Of a stretch of 64,000 bases of DNA, positions 1 to 12,167 are shown in pieces; the stretch's first letter is position 1; each line of letters starts with the position of its first letter. The stretch comes from an uncultured Anaerolineaceae bacterium. Its GTDB lineage: Bacteria; Chloroflexota; Anaerolineae; Anaerolineales; Villigracilaceae. Under the pieces are notes generated by a model. It searched no databases. It was not told the origin of the DNA and worked only from the letters and a program-made list of their open reading frames with translations. The translations under genes and the position numbers were made by a program. Location of the stretch: contig CAZOOX010000001.1 in NCBI GenBank assembly GCA_964581545.1, positions 440-64,439 on the forward strand, written 5' to 3'.

Positions 1-176
1 ATCGCCAAAGAGACTTTTCTTTTTTCTGTTAGAATTTCACAAGATAGAAAAAAGAGTGGGGACACACGAAAATTTGGGCTTGATACCCTTTAATGGGAAA
101 TGGCTCACGAGTAGATAATTTTTCGGGTAGGGAAGCAAGTTTGGGTCAAGTTTGTCCCGATTTCCACATCCTTCTC

Positions 177-344
177 TTCTCAGGCTTTCGTTTGTATAGT
201 ATAATTTTTCACGTTGTGAAAGTTAGAGCTTTCCCTTTTACATTAAAGTCGAGGAGTGTGTACCATAAGCTTGGTATGCGAAAGCTGATTGCACTTATAT
301 TTTTGAAAAACCTCGGCTGAGTTTGTCTTTCAGTCGATTTTTTG
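177..344 (+). promoter_or_regulatory. candidate rpsU-infA leader: promoter-like TTCTCA-17nt-TATAAT (177-182/200-205) plus intrinsic terminator (313-344) directly upstream of the rpsU RBS
   Basis: -35/-10 hexamers with 17-nt spacer. Long-range pair AGCTTTC/GAAAGCT and hairpin TACCA-TAAGCT-TGGTA. Stem TCGGCTGA/TCAGTCGA followed by TTTTTT only ~20 nt before AAGGAGG of rpsU. Confidence 0.4.
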
Positions 345-378
345 TTTAATTATCCTTCTTTAGAAGGAGGTGAATATT

Positions 379-570
379 GTGGCTGTAGTAAAATTACGTT
401 CGAATGAATCTCAAGAACAACTTTTGAAGCGTTTTCGTAAAAGTGTTGTTAAGAGTGGCGTTTTAGGTACTGTACGTGATAAACGCTGGTTTGTCTCTCG
501 CACAGAGCAACGACGTCTGGAAAAGAAAAAAGCAATTCGTCGTCTTAAACGCAAACGACGAAGTTACTAA
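379..570 (+). CDS. rpsU: 30S ribosomal protein bS21
   Basis: Translation AVVKLRSNESQEQLLKRFRKSV..KKKAIRRLKRKRR is typical S21. GTG at 379 lies 8 nt after AAGGAGG (364-370), so it is preferred to the track start at 370. Confidence 0.9.
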   Translation: MAVVKLRSNESQEQLLKRFRKSVVKSGVLGTVRDKRWFVSRTEQRRLEKKKAIRRLKRKRRSY

Positions 571-586
571 ACATTGGATATAACCT

Positions 587-829
587 ATGGCGAAAACTGA
601 AGATAAGATTAAATTAGAAGGTACTGTGATCGAGGCTCTGCCAGGAACACAATTTCGAGTAGAGTTAGAAAACGGTCATGAAGTGCTGGCTTATTTATCT
701 GGCAAGATGCGAAAGTATTACATTCGTATTTTGTTAGGGGATAAGGTGCAGGTTGAAATGTCACCTTATGATCTTTCTCGCGGACGGATCACTTACCGTT
801 ATAAGAAAGGTCGCCCACGCCCTCAATAG
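587..829 (+). CDS. infA: translation initiation factor IF-1
   Basis: 80 aa with S1-like IF-1 sequence [66 protein letters not shown]. Confidence 0.95.
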   Translation: MAKTEDKIKLEGTVIEALPGTQFRVELENGHEVLAYLSGKMRKYYIRILLGDKVQVEMSPYDLSRGRITYRYKKGRPRPQ

Positions 830-870
830 GGATATTTTCTTTTTCGTTATCTATAGTATAAAATGCGTAA

Positions 871-899
871 AACCCCGCCAATTTTGGCGGGGTTTTTTC
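871..899 (+). terminator. intrinsic terminator after infA
   Basis: AACCCCGCC-AATTTT-GGCGGGGTT followed by a T-run. Confidence 0.8.
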
Positions 900-922
900 T
901 TGGACCAACATTTATATCTGTG

Positions 923-1207
923 CTAGAAAGAGTAAGCGAAGAAACCGCTTCTTTCTTTGACTTTCTAGCTACCTGACACTTTGCTAAAAATAGCGCTCGT
1001 TGGTTGAGTAGGCGATGCTTGCCCGCCCCGCAGTCTTTTGGCGGGGTCGCCGTATCGAAACCACCAGTACAAACAAAACTGTCAGGTGGCTAGTTTGACT
1101 TTTATAGGATTTTTGCTTCCTGCGCTCTAGCTGGATTTGCAATCCAGCGATTCTCTCACGAAGACGGGGATTGCAAATCCCCTTTGAGCCCTTAAACTCT
1201 TAGAGCG
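923..1207. repeat. cluster of nested imperfect palindromes (intergenic structured element)
   Basis: CTAGAAAG/CTTTCTAG (923/961). 13-bp long-range pair TAGCTACCTGACA/TGTCAGGTGGCTA (967/1081). CGCTCTA/TAGAGCG (1123/1201) enclosing hairpins GCTGGATTTGCAATCCAGC and GGGGATTGCAAATCCCC. Confidence 0.5.
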
Positions 1208-1220
1208 AAGATTCTATTTT

Positions 1221-1264
1221 AAAAAAAACAGGTCATGCGTTTTTTAGCATGACCTGTTTTGATT
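1221..1264. terminator. bidirectional intrinsic terminator (ends nifJ on the minus strand)
   Basis: A-run, AACAGGTCATGC-loop-GCATGACCTGTT, T-run. Lies 16 nt from the nifJ stop. Confidence 0.8.
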
Positions 1265-1279
1265 CAGGGGGAGAAAAAT

Positions 1280-4846
<3,567 letters not shown>

Positions 4847-4862
4847 AACGATACTCCTTTAT

Positions 4863-5003
4863 TTTATTCTTCTCTGAATACCCCGTAGCTTGCTACGAGG
4901 GTTCCGAGCATTAAGAAAAATCTGTACCCGTAGGGGCAAAATTCCGTAATACCCCGTCCGCTTGCGGCGGGGATAGGAATTTTGAAGATTTTTCAAATTT
5001 ATT
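4863..5003 (+). repeat. 141-bp double-hairpin repeat element, copy A (identical to copy C)
   Basis: 141/141 nt identical to 38509-38649. Two hairpins, ACCCCGTAG-CTTG-CTACGAGGGT and CCCCGTCCG-CTTG-CGGCGGGG. Starts 6 nt upstream of the nifJ RBS, antisense to nifJ. Confidence 0.9.
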
Positions 5004-5024
5004 CAGTGTGCACTGTGCACACTG
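5004..5024. promoter_or_regulatory. perfect 10-1-10 palindrome, candidate operator
   Basis: CAGTGTGCAC-T-GTGCACACTG in the nifJ / NUDIX intergenic region, abutting repeat copy A. Confidence 0.35.
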
Positions 5025-5155
5025 CAAGATTAGAAAAATAAATTAATCACCATATAGTGTATTCTTTTGCGCCATATTTAGGAAGTTACCTATGGCTAAA
5101 AAACACTTGCGACTTGTCATAGTTTAGTCGAAGGTGATTAACAGAACTTTATCAA

Positions 5156-5698
5156 CTATTTCAGATAGGGATGCAAGTGTGGACGTGCCATCAGTAAAGC
5201 TGCCAGCGTTTTCGCATCTGGCATTTGGCCTGCTTCCGCTATGGCCAGAGCCTCTGCGACGGGAATTTTCTCCACATCCAGAAATTCGTCTGCATCAGGA
5301 GTCAGGGGGTTATCATATAGGTCCGTTGCTAAAAAGACAGTCATCAACTCAGTTGAATAACCGGGGGCGAGGTAAAATTTTCCCAATTCGACAAGTTTTT
5401 TGGCTGCCATGCCTGTTTCTTCTCGCAGCTCTCGTCCTGCACAATGAGCAGGGTCTTCGTCAGGAGCGTCTAGCGTTCCAGCGGGGAGTTCGAGCAAGTC
5501 CTCAACTGCGGCATGGCGATATTGTCGTACGAGCAGCAAATTTCCATCATTATCAATAGCCAGGATAACAACAGAACCATGATGTTCGACGATGTCAAAT
5601 TTAGTTATCCGCCCGTCGGGGGTTCGCAAATTATCTCGTCGAATAGTAAATACTCGCCCCTTAAAAATTTTTTCTGAACTAAGTAGTTTGAATTTCAT
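5156..5698 (-). CDS. NUDIX hydrolase (ADP-ribose pyrophosphatase-like)
   Basis: Nudix box GTLDAPDEDPAHCAGRELREETG. ATG at 5698 has GGAG upstream, so the track start at 5722 is less likely. Confidence 0.85.
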   Translation of the reverse strand: MKFKLLSSEKIFKGRVFTIRRDNLRTPDGRITKFDIVEHHGSVVILAIDNDGNLLLVRQYRHAAVEDLLELPAGTLDAPDEDPAHCAGRELREETGMAAKKLVELGKFYLAPGYSTELMTVFLATDLYDNPLTPDADEFLDVEKIPVAEALAIAEAGQMPDAKTLAALLMARPHLHPYLK

Positions 5699-5773
5699 AT
5701 AAAGCTCCAGACATAGAAACACCCAAGAAAAGAAAAGTTCTTCTCTTGGGTGTTTTGCTAGGTAAGATCGGGA

Positions 5774-6493
5774 TTAGTCTATCTGTAACACAGTACCAGC
5801 CGCAACATTATTTGGATCGGCAATATTATTTCTACTTACAATTGCAGCTGGGTCAACATCGCCAAAGAAACAGGCTATGCCGTAAACGTTCGTGTTTGAA
5901 GGGACAGTATATGATACTGGGTGTGCATGTAGCGCACGGGCAGATGGGAATGCTGCTCCGCTTTGGGGAATACTAAGTGTTAGCCCGGGTTGAAGACTCT
6001 GTGCCTGTGTTGAAGAAAGATTATTTAGAGCTAATAGTTCTGAAGGGTCAATATTAAAACGGCGAGCAATACAATAAGGGAACTCTCCCTTTTTAAGCGT
6101 ATAGCTGGCAGGTCTCCCAACCACCGCTGTGGGCGGAGCAGTCGTTGCAGTTGGTGTAGCTGTTGGGTCTACAGGAGCTTCGGAAGCCGGGGTTACTGTA
6201 ACGCCTTCAGGCACCGCAGTTGGGTCTTCAGTTGCAGGGGGGGCATCGCCGCCTACACCTGCAGCAAGAGCTGTTGCTGTTTGATTATTTGCTGCGGCTG
6301 TTTGTGCACCAAGTTCAACAAGGTCATCCATATTTTCAGAGGGAAGGGGCTCAGCAAAGCCAGTACCTTCGATAATCGGAGTTGCTAAACTTTCGTCAAT
6401 CGGAGCGTATGAACGTTCACAACTGCTAAGGGCTAACGTTGTAATGACCATAGCGATAATGAGAATTAATCTCGTTTTTTTCTGTGCATTCAT
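5774..6493 (-). CDS. secreted lipoprotein with two C-terminal LysM domains
   Basis: Lipobox LALSSC, a Pro/Thr/Ala linker, and two LysM-like repeats (YTLKKGEFPYCIARRFNIDPSELLALNNL.., YTVPSNTNVYGIACFFGDVDPAAIVSRNNI..). ATG at 6493 has AGGAGA upstream. Confidence 0.8.
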   Translation of the reverse strand: MNAQKKTRLILIIAMVITTLALSSCERSYAPIDESLATPIIEGTGFAEPLPSENMDDLVELGAQTAAANNQTATALAAGVGGDAPPATEDPTAVPEGVTVTPASEAPVDPTATPTATTAPPTAVVGRPASYTLKKGEFPYCIARRFNIDPSELLALNNLSSTQAQSLQPGLTLSIPQSGAAFPSARALHAHPVSYTVPSNTNVYGIACFFGDVDPAAIVSRNNIADPNNVAAGTVLQID

Positions 6494-6626
6494 TGCCTTT
6501 CTCCTCTGGATAAATACACCTTCTTTCTCTTTAGAACAGGTGTTTTCCTCGCTTGATAGTAGCACAACACAATACCCCCGTCAAGTTGCCCTAAAGGGGG
6601 GATGAAGCGTTAAAAAGAGCGTGTTT

Positions 6627-8630
6627 TTATGGGGAACAACCCAATTCTTCTCGCATATTCTGGGCGATATTTTCGCCCTTTATATTGCCTATTTCTGCTT
6701 CTGCGCGTGCCCATAATTGACATAAGCCTTTACGCAATCGCGGCTCTTTTTGAATGGCTGTTTTCGATAGATTTTCTGCTCGTTCCAAATTTTCTGTATA
6801 AGCATAGCCTTCAATAAAGGGCAGCCACTCAAAAGCATCAACTGGATGATAAGCTTGCGCTTCTGCTTCATCGCCTAAACGCACAACTTCTTCCCAATCC
6901 CCTTGTTGGCGGGCTAGCTCGGCTTTGGTGGAGTAATAGCACCATTTATGGGCAGGCTCTTTGCCAAATAGTGATGCGGGGATGTCCGGACTCTCCACAT
7001 CAGCCAAAATTCGGGAAGGGTCAGAAAGGTAAATTGCGTCGGTCAGGAAATCATCTTCTTTTTTATAAGTGTGGGCGTTTGCGTAAACCGAATCCAGAAC
7101 ACGCAGACAGCCATTTTTAGGTGCATAAATAACGATAGCCGCAGAAGTGTTTCCTTCAAATTGCACCGTGCGATAAGGCACTCTAATGAGTGTGTCCCTT
7201 TCCAATGAGGGCAGGGTATAGCCGCCAAGCCTTTTCTCTGTATTCACAAAAGCATAAGGCAGTAGATCACCAGCCTGATAATCGGGCGCATAGATCCAAT
7301 TCAGAGGGGCGGTCATGGCTTGGTCGCTTTCGTATACCATCGGCAACTCATGCGTGATAAGGGCTGTGCCTTCCTTCATTGCAGGGATGCGCCAAGTGAG
7401 TTGCCAGGCTAAATTCTTTTGTCGTTCCCAGTCGCGGCGGAATTCGTTTGCATAGAAGAACTGCTGCCCAATGGCCAGCGCAAGGAGTCCACTCAAAATC
7501 AGATTTCGCCATTTTTCATTCTTTATTAGAAGCTCTATCAGACCTGCCACGAGTAATGCTGAAGCGAACATAATAGAGATGGTTAGGCGATCAAAGGTAT
7601 TTCCGATCTTTAGTGGCAAGCCTGCCAAAAAGGAGGGAATACGACCCAGAAAAATACCAACAAAACCGATAAAAATGGCTTGTCTTGCCCAGAGATACTT
7701 ATTGGCGTTAGATTCCAGGAGCAGGTTTTGACGGTAGATGATGAAGAGGGCAAATGCTAATATAACGAGACCCAGCCCAAGGATCGAGGTCGGCGCGGTT
7801 GGTGAATCCAAAAAATGGGGGATGAATTGAGTCCAGATCATCCAGAGGGATTTATAGAGCAAATCCCAAATCCCCATGAGAAGCTCGGCGAATACGCTCG
7901 TGTTTGAACCTGATGCCACGCTATAAGAATCGTACCCGCCTCGAGTGTAATAATAGACGAGCCAGCCTGCGTTTGCCAGCCAGAGCGTGAGATAGGGTAG
8001 CCATCGTTTTGCCGTCTCTTTCACCCGCATCCAGAATTTTGGCACTGTTTCGCCAAGCATGAAAAAGATGAAAAGGGCGCGTAATGGTTCAATGCTGACG
8101 AAGTATTCGGTGGGGAAAAGCCCCCAATACATGAGCAGGAGCGCGAGCGCTGTTTTTTGCCATTTACGAGTGTGAATAGCTTGCGCCGTTAGCCCAAAAG
8201 AGAGCAAATAGGCGATGAGTGAAACCCATTCCTGATTGATATGCGTGAGCGCGACCCATTGCTGGCTGTAGCCGGGATAAAGGAGAAAGAGCAGGCTAAC
8301 GGCGAGATTTTGGGCTTTGTTTTTCTCCCAAATCTGGTTGAGTGCCCACCACGTCGTTAGCGCGCTGAAAAAACGGATAACCAGCCCAAATATCTGCCAG
8401 ACAAAGGGGATGGGTGGAATGATGCTTGTTGTGAGTACAAATATTGGCGCAATAAAAGGACGGAAGGGCGCAAAGGCGGGGATAAATTCAGCGGGGCCAA
8501 GAAAATTGCCGATCCAGGCGAAGGCCCAGTCATCCCAATGAAAACCGACCCAGGGAGTGAGAAGACCGTAGGCTAGAAGAGTCAGGAGAGCAAAGAGAGC
8601 GGGGATAGATTTTTGGGTGAATTTTGGCAT
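6627..8630 (-). CDS. polytopic membrane protein, GT-C (ArnT/PMT-like) glycosyltransferase fold suspected, soluble C-terminal domain
   Basis: About 12 hydrophobic segments followed by a roughly 250-aa hydrophilic tail. The family assignment rests on architecture only. Confidence 0.55.
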   Translation of the reverse strand: MPKFTQKSIPALFALLTLLAYGLLTPWVGFHWDDWAFAWIGNFLGPAEFIPAFAPFRPFIAPIFVLTTSIIPPIPFVWQIFGLVIRFFSALTTWWALNQIWEKNKAQNLAVSLLFLLYPGYSQQWVALTHINQEWVSLIAYLLSFGLTAQAIHTRKWQKTALALLLMYWGLFPTEYFVSIEPLRALFIFFMLGETVPKFWMRVKETAKRWLPYLTLWLANAGWLVYYYTRGGYDSYSVASGSNTSVFAELLMGIWDLLYKSLWMIWTQFIPHFLDSPTAPTSILGLGLVILAFALFIIYRQNLLLESNANKYLWARQAIFIGFVGIFLGRIPSFLAGLPLKIGNTFDRLTISIMFASALLVAGLIELLIKNEKWRNLILSGLLALAIGQQFFYANEFRRDWERQKNLAWQLTWRIPAMKEGTALITHELPMVYESDQAMTAPLNWIYAPDYQAGDLLPYAFVNTEKRLGGYTLPSLERDTLIRVPYRTVQFEGNTSAAIVIYAPKNGCLRVLDSVYANAHTYKKEDDFLTDAIYLSDPSRILADVESPDIPASLFGKEPAHKWCYYSTKAELARQQGDWEEVVRLGDEAEAQAYHPVDAFEWLPFIEGYAYTENLERAENLSKTAIQKEPRLRKGLCQLWARAEAEIGNIKGENIAQNMREELGCSP

Positions 8631-8685
8631 GGTAAGCAAAAGTCTAATATCGAATGTTTCTAAACTTTTCAATTATACTTGCCTT

Positions 8686-9423
8686 ATGGCTTATCCTGTC
8701 CCTGCAAAAGAAATTCGACGAGAAATTGTGATCGGTGGCTCGCGCTTTATCGCGACGCTGGCACCTGCTTTTAGTGTGGATGAAGCGAAAGCGTTTGTCG
8801 CGCGGATGAAGAGCGAATTTGATGACGCGTCTCATAATGTCCCTGCATTTTTGATCGGGGGCGGGAACTCTGTCACGGCGCACGCATCGGATGATGGAGA
8901 ACCATCAGGAACGGCGGGGAGACCGGCTCTGGCTGTCTTGCGCGGAAGCGAATTAGGCGATATAGTGCTGGTCGTGACGCGTTATTTTGGCGGTACAAAA
9001 TTAGGGACCGGTGGATTGGTGAGGGCATATACCCAAGCCGCTCAGGCGGTCGTTTCGGATGTCCCGCGTGCAGAAAAGGTTAAGGCACATACAGTCATGC
9101 TCGCTGCGCCATATTCTTTGCTGGAACGCATTCGTCTTTTGGCCGCCGAGCATGAAGGCGAAATTTTGGATGAAGATTTTGCGGCGGATGTGACCATGAC
9201 AATCCGATTTAAAGTTGAGAAATTGAATTCTTTTGAAGAGGCTATCTCAGAGCTTTCTGCGGGAAAATTGGCTATTGAGATCATGGAAACCTCTGAGATT
9301 TTATTATGCGAAGCAGAATACCCAGTAGCTTGCTACGGGGTTCCACGCTCTAGCAAAACCCGATCCGAAGGGGAAAAATTCCGTAATACCCCGTCAGCTT
9401 GCTGCGGGGATAGGAATTTTTAG
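8686..9423 (+). CDS. yigZ: YigZ/IMPACT family protein (UPF0029) with repeat-encoded C-terminal extension
   Basis: IGGSRFIATLAPAFSVDEAKAFV..HNVPAFLIG..DDGEPSGTAGRPAL. The last ~41 codons and the stop lie inside repeat copy B. Confidence 0.8.
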   Translation: MAYPVPAKEIRREIVIGGSRFIATLAPAFSVDEAKAFVARMKSEFDDASHNVPAFLIGGGNSVTAHASDDGEPSGTAGRPALAVLRGSELGDIVLVVTRYFGGTKLGTGGLVRAYTQAAQAVVSDVPRAEKVKAHTVMLAAPYSLLERIRLLAAEHEGEILDEDFAADVTMTIRFKVEKLNSFEEAISELSAGKLAIEIMETSEILLCEAEYPVACYGVPRSSKTRSEGEKFRNTPSACCGDRNF

Positions 9424-9440
9424 GGTTTTGCAAATTTATT
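9299..9440 (+). repeat. double-hairpin repeat element, diverged copy B
   Basis: Same length and architecture as copies A and C. Hairpin 2 carries a compensatory C-G to A-T pair change (CCG/CGG to CAG/CTG), and both CTTG loops are retained. Confidence 0.8.
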
Positions 9441-9467
9441 GAAGTTAGATTGAGAAAGGAAGAAAAA

Positions 9468-10088
9468 ATGTTTAAATTATTCAAGAAAAAACAAGATAAA
9501 TTCATTTTGTTACTTATTGAGCAAGCATCGCTAAGCTATAAGGGTGTTGAAGCTTTGCAAGAGTATATGGAAACACATGACCACGATCTGGCTGAAAAGT
9601 TGACACGCATAGAGAAAGAAGCTGATGAGGTAAGACGTATTTTGATTGATGAATTGAATCGCTCTTTTGTTACGCCAATTGATCGCGAAGATATTTTTGC
9701 GCTTTCACGCTCAATTGATGATGTGGTTGATTATGCTTATAGCACGGTTAGTGAAATGGATGTGTTAAATGTGGAGCCGACGACCTTTATGACGCGGATG
9801 ACCTCGCTGCTGAAGGATTCTACTTATGAGTTATATATGGCAATGCAACGCTTGGAAGAACATCCTGCTGTAGCTGCTGAACATTCTCAGAGAGCCAAAG
9901 GCTTGGAATCTCGTATAGAAAGAGTTTATCGTGAAGCGATTGCTGATATTTTTAGCGGTCCGGAAGATGTGCATCATGTTTTTGAGATGCTCAAGCGAAG
10001 AGAAGTGTTGCGCCACCTTAGCAACGCAGCCGACCGTGTGGATGAAGCAGCAAATTTGATCGCCGATATTGTCGTCAAGACAAGCTAG
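9468..10088 (+). CDS. DUF47 / PhoU-like phosphate transport regulator
   Basis: About 205 aa, helical, immediately upstream of a PiT transporter (the classic pairing). AAGGAAG RBS before the ATG at 9468. Confidence 0.75.
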   Translation: MFKLFKKKQDKFILLLIEQASLSYKGVEALQEYMETHDHDLAEKLTRIEKEADEVRRILIDELNRSFVTPIDREDIFALSRSIDDVVDYAYSTVSEMDVLNVEPTTFMTRMTSLLKDSTYELYMAMQRLEEHPAVAAEHSQRAKGLESRIERVYREAIADIFSGPEDVHHVFEMLKRREVLRHLSNAADRVDEAANLIADIVVKTS

Positions 10089-10098
10089 GGAGCATGTT

Positions 10099-11091
10099 AT
10101 GTTAACAATGCCTCCTATTCTCATCGTGATGATCGTTTTGTCGATCATCTTCGACTTCTTAAATGGTGTTCATGATTCGAGCAATATCGTCGCAACGATG
10201 ATCGCTTCGCGTGCTTTTAGCCCCCGTGCGGCCTTGGGGATCACTGCTATTGCGCATTTTGTTGCACCATTTATTTTTGGTGTGGCGGTTGCGACAACTA
10301 TAGGGCATGAAGTTGTGGCAGCAGAAGCGATTACGCTCAACGTGCTTATTGCTGCTTTGGCAAGCGCCATTATCTGGAATCTGCTAACCTGGTTTTTGGG
10401 CATCCCAAGCAGCTCATCACACGCGCTAATTGGTGGGATGATCGGTGCAGTAGGAATCGGTGCAGGTCTGGATGCGATCGAATTGCGAGGGCTGGAGAAA
10501 ATCCTTCTAGCTCTTTTCATCTCGCCTATCATCGGGTTGATCCTCGGTCATTTTTTTACTAAATTGGTGTTCTTTTTAGCGCGTAATGCTACCCCAAAAA
10601 TCAATACTTTCTTCAAGCGTTCTCAAATTGTCTCGGCAATTGCGCTTTCGCTTAGTCATGGTACGAATGACGCTCAAAAAACAATGGGCATTATCACTTT
10701 GGGTTTAGTTGTTGCGGGCGTTATCCCCAGCTTTGAAGTCCCCCTGTGGGTTGTCACTGTTAGCGCGGCTGCAATAGCATTGGGCACAGCTTTGGGTGGG
10801 TGGAAGCTGATAAAAACACTGGGGTCTAAATTCTACAAGATCCGCCCGGTACATGGCTTTAGCTCTCAATTTACTTCCGCCTTTGTCATTCTTGGCGCCT
10901 CATTAGTTGGTGGCCCGGTTAGCACGACACAAGTTGTTAGCTCAGCGATTATGGGGGTTGGTTCGGCAGATCGTGTCAAAATGGTGCGCTGGGGCGTGGC
11001 AAAAGAGATCATGGTCGCTTGGCTGATCACGATCCCTGCAACTGCCGCAGTTGCAGCAGGGGTTTACTGGCTCATCGAAAGATTTTTATAA
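10099..11091 (+). CDS. inorganic phosphate transporter, PiT family
   Basis: FDFLNGVHDSSNIVATMIASRA and LSHGTNDAQKTMGII, the duplicated PiT signature. Confidence 0.9.
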   Translation: MLTMPPILIVMIVLSIIFDFLNGVHDSSNIVATMIASRAFSPRAALGITAIAHFVAPFIFGVAVATTIGHEVVAAEAITLNVLIAALASAIIWNLLTWFLGIPSSSSHALIGGMIGAVGIGAGLDAIELRGLEKILLALFISPIIGLILGHFFTKLVFFLARNATPKINTFFKRSQIVSAIALSLSHGTNDAQKTMGIITLGLVVAGVIPSFEVPLWVVTVSAAAIALGTALGGWKLIKTLGSKFYKIRPVHGFSSQFTSAFVILGASLVGGPVSTTQVVSSAIMGVGSADRVKMVRWGVAKEIMVAWLITIPATAAVAAGVYWLIERFL

Positions 11092-11179
11092 GCTGGATAA
11101 AAAGCCGCGCCAAACTTGTTTTGGGCTTGACACCATCAAATAACTTCTTCCTGAAAAACGAAAGTTTACGGTTAAAAGA

Positions 11180-11210
11180 ATGAGACCGCCAAATTTGACG
11201 GTCTCTTGCT
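11180..11210. terminator. weak bidirectional terminator hairpin
   Basis: GAGACCG-loop-CGGTCTC between convergent genes, with a poor T-run. Confidence 0.4.
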
Positions 11211-11228
11211 TAATTAGATACTTTCTTA

Positions 11229-12167
11229 CTAGTCAACTACATCCGGGCAGTTATTTACGAATGTATAGGTTGGGTAGTAGATTTTATCAGGCTTAGAAAC
11301 CAACACCTGTACTGAACGTGGTGCAGGCCCGGCTCCTTTGTACAGCGTCCAGTCAGTTGAGATGGTTTGTGAGCCAGCTTCTTCAAAGAAAAGGGTCTCT
11401 TTAAGTGTGTGGTAACCATCGCTATGGAGGAATTGTGCTACAACGGTCATTCTTCCACTAACGGTAATGGTCGCGCTAATAATCCAGTGAACATTCGTAG
11501 GGCAGCCAAAATCAGGTTCTCTGTCCAGCGAATAGACTACAGAGGTGATACCAATCTCTTTCTTTATATCATCTGGATCGGTAGCGGCAACATTTGCAGA
11601 AATAGGGACGTCGTATTGGCCAACACCAAATATATAACCTGAAGGAGATTTGAATTTCCACTCGCCGCCATAATTTCCTGCTGTGTCTGGTGCAAGCAAC
11701 TGGATGGGGAAGTTCATTATCTGTCCTGGAGGGATGTCTTCAAAAAACTCATACTCAAAAGCGCTGCCCATGCGGTCACCTCCCCAATATATGAGTTTAT
11801 ATCCTTTATGCCATGTGCAAGTCCCATCGTTTCTGATAGACCAGCTTTTGGTAAAGTATTGCCCTATTTCTACTACCGTCCCATCGGGGATGGTTTCACC
11901 TACATAGGTGGCAACAAGGCATCCTTCTGGTGCAACGTCGGGGATAGGGGTTTCTGTGGGTGTTGGGGTAAAAGTAGGCGTTACCTCTTCTACATTTTCA
12001 ACTGGCTCGGGGGTGGCAGTCTTTTCTGCTTGTTGAGTAAAGCGTGCTTCAACAGTTTGAGCGGCGGATGTTGCGACCATTGCCAACTCTTCTTCTGAGG
12101 GAGTGCCTCCACATGCGCTGATGATGAGACTCAGGGCGAAGCCAAGAGTTAGTATTTTCTTTTTCAT
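11229..12167 (-). CDS. secreted lipoprotein with NBR1-FW-like Ig-fold domain
   Basis: Lipobox LIISACGG. Domain CLVATYVGETIPDGTVVEIGQYFTKSWSIRNDGTCTW..LLAPDTAGNYGGEWKF. Paralog of 12340..13245. Confidence 0.7.
   Translation of the reverse strand: MKKKILTLGFALSLIISACGGTPSEEELAMVATSAAQTVEARFTQQAEKTATPEPVENVEEVTPTFTPTPTETPIPDVAPEGCLVATYVGETIPDGTVVEIGQYFTKSWSIRNDGTCTWHKGYKLIYWGGDRMGSAFEYEFFEDIPPGQIMNFPIQLLAPDTAGNYGGEWKFKSPSGYIFGVGQYDVPISANVAATDPDDIKKEIGITSVVYSLDREPDFGCPTNVHWIISATITVSGRMTVVAQFLHSDGYHTLKETLFFEEAGSQTISTDWTLYKGAGPAPRSVQVLVSKPDKIYYPTYTFVNNCPDVVD

Noticed and set aside
93-320. 75-aa ORF upstream of rpsU.
   Set aside because: It has no RBS and non-protein-like composition. It spans the promoter-like hexamers and runs into the terminator stem, so it is better explained as a leader.
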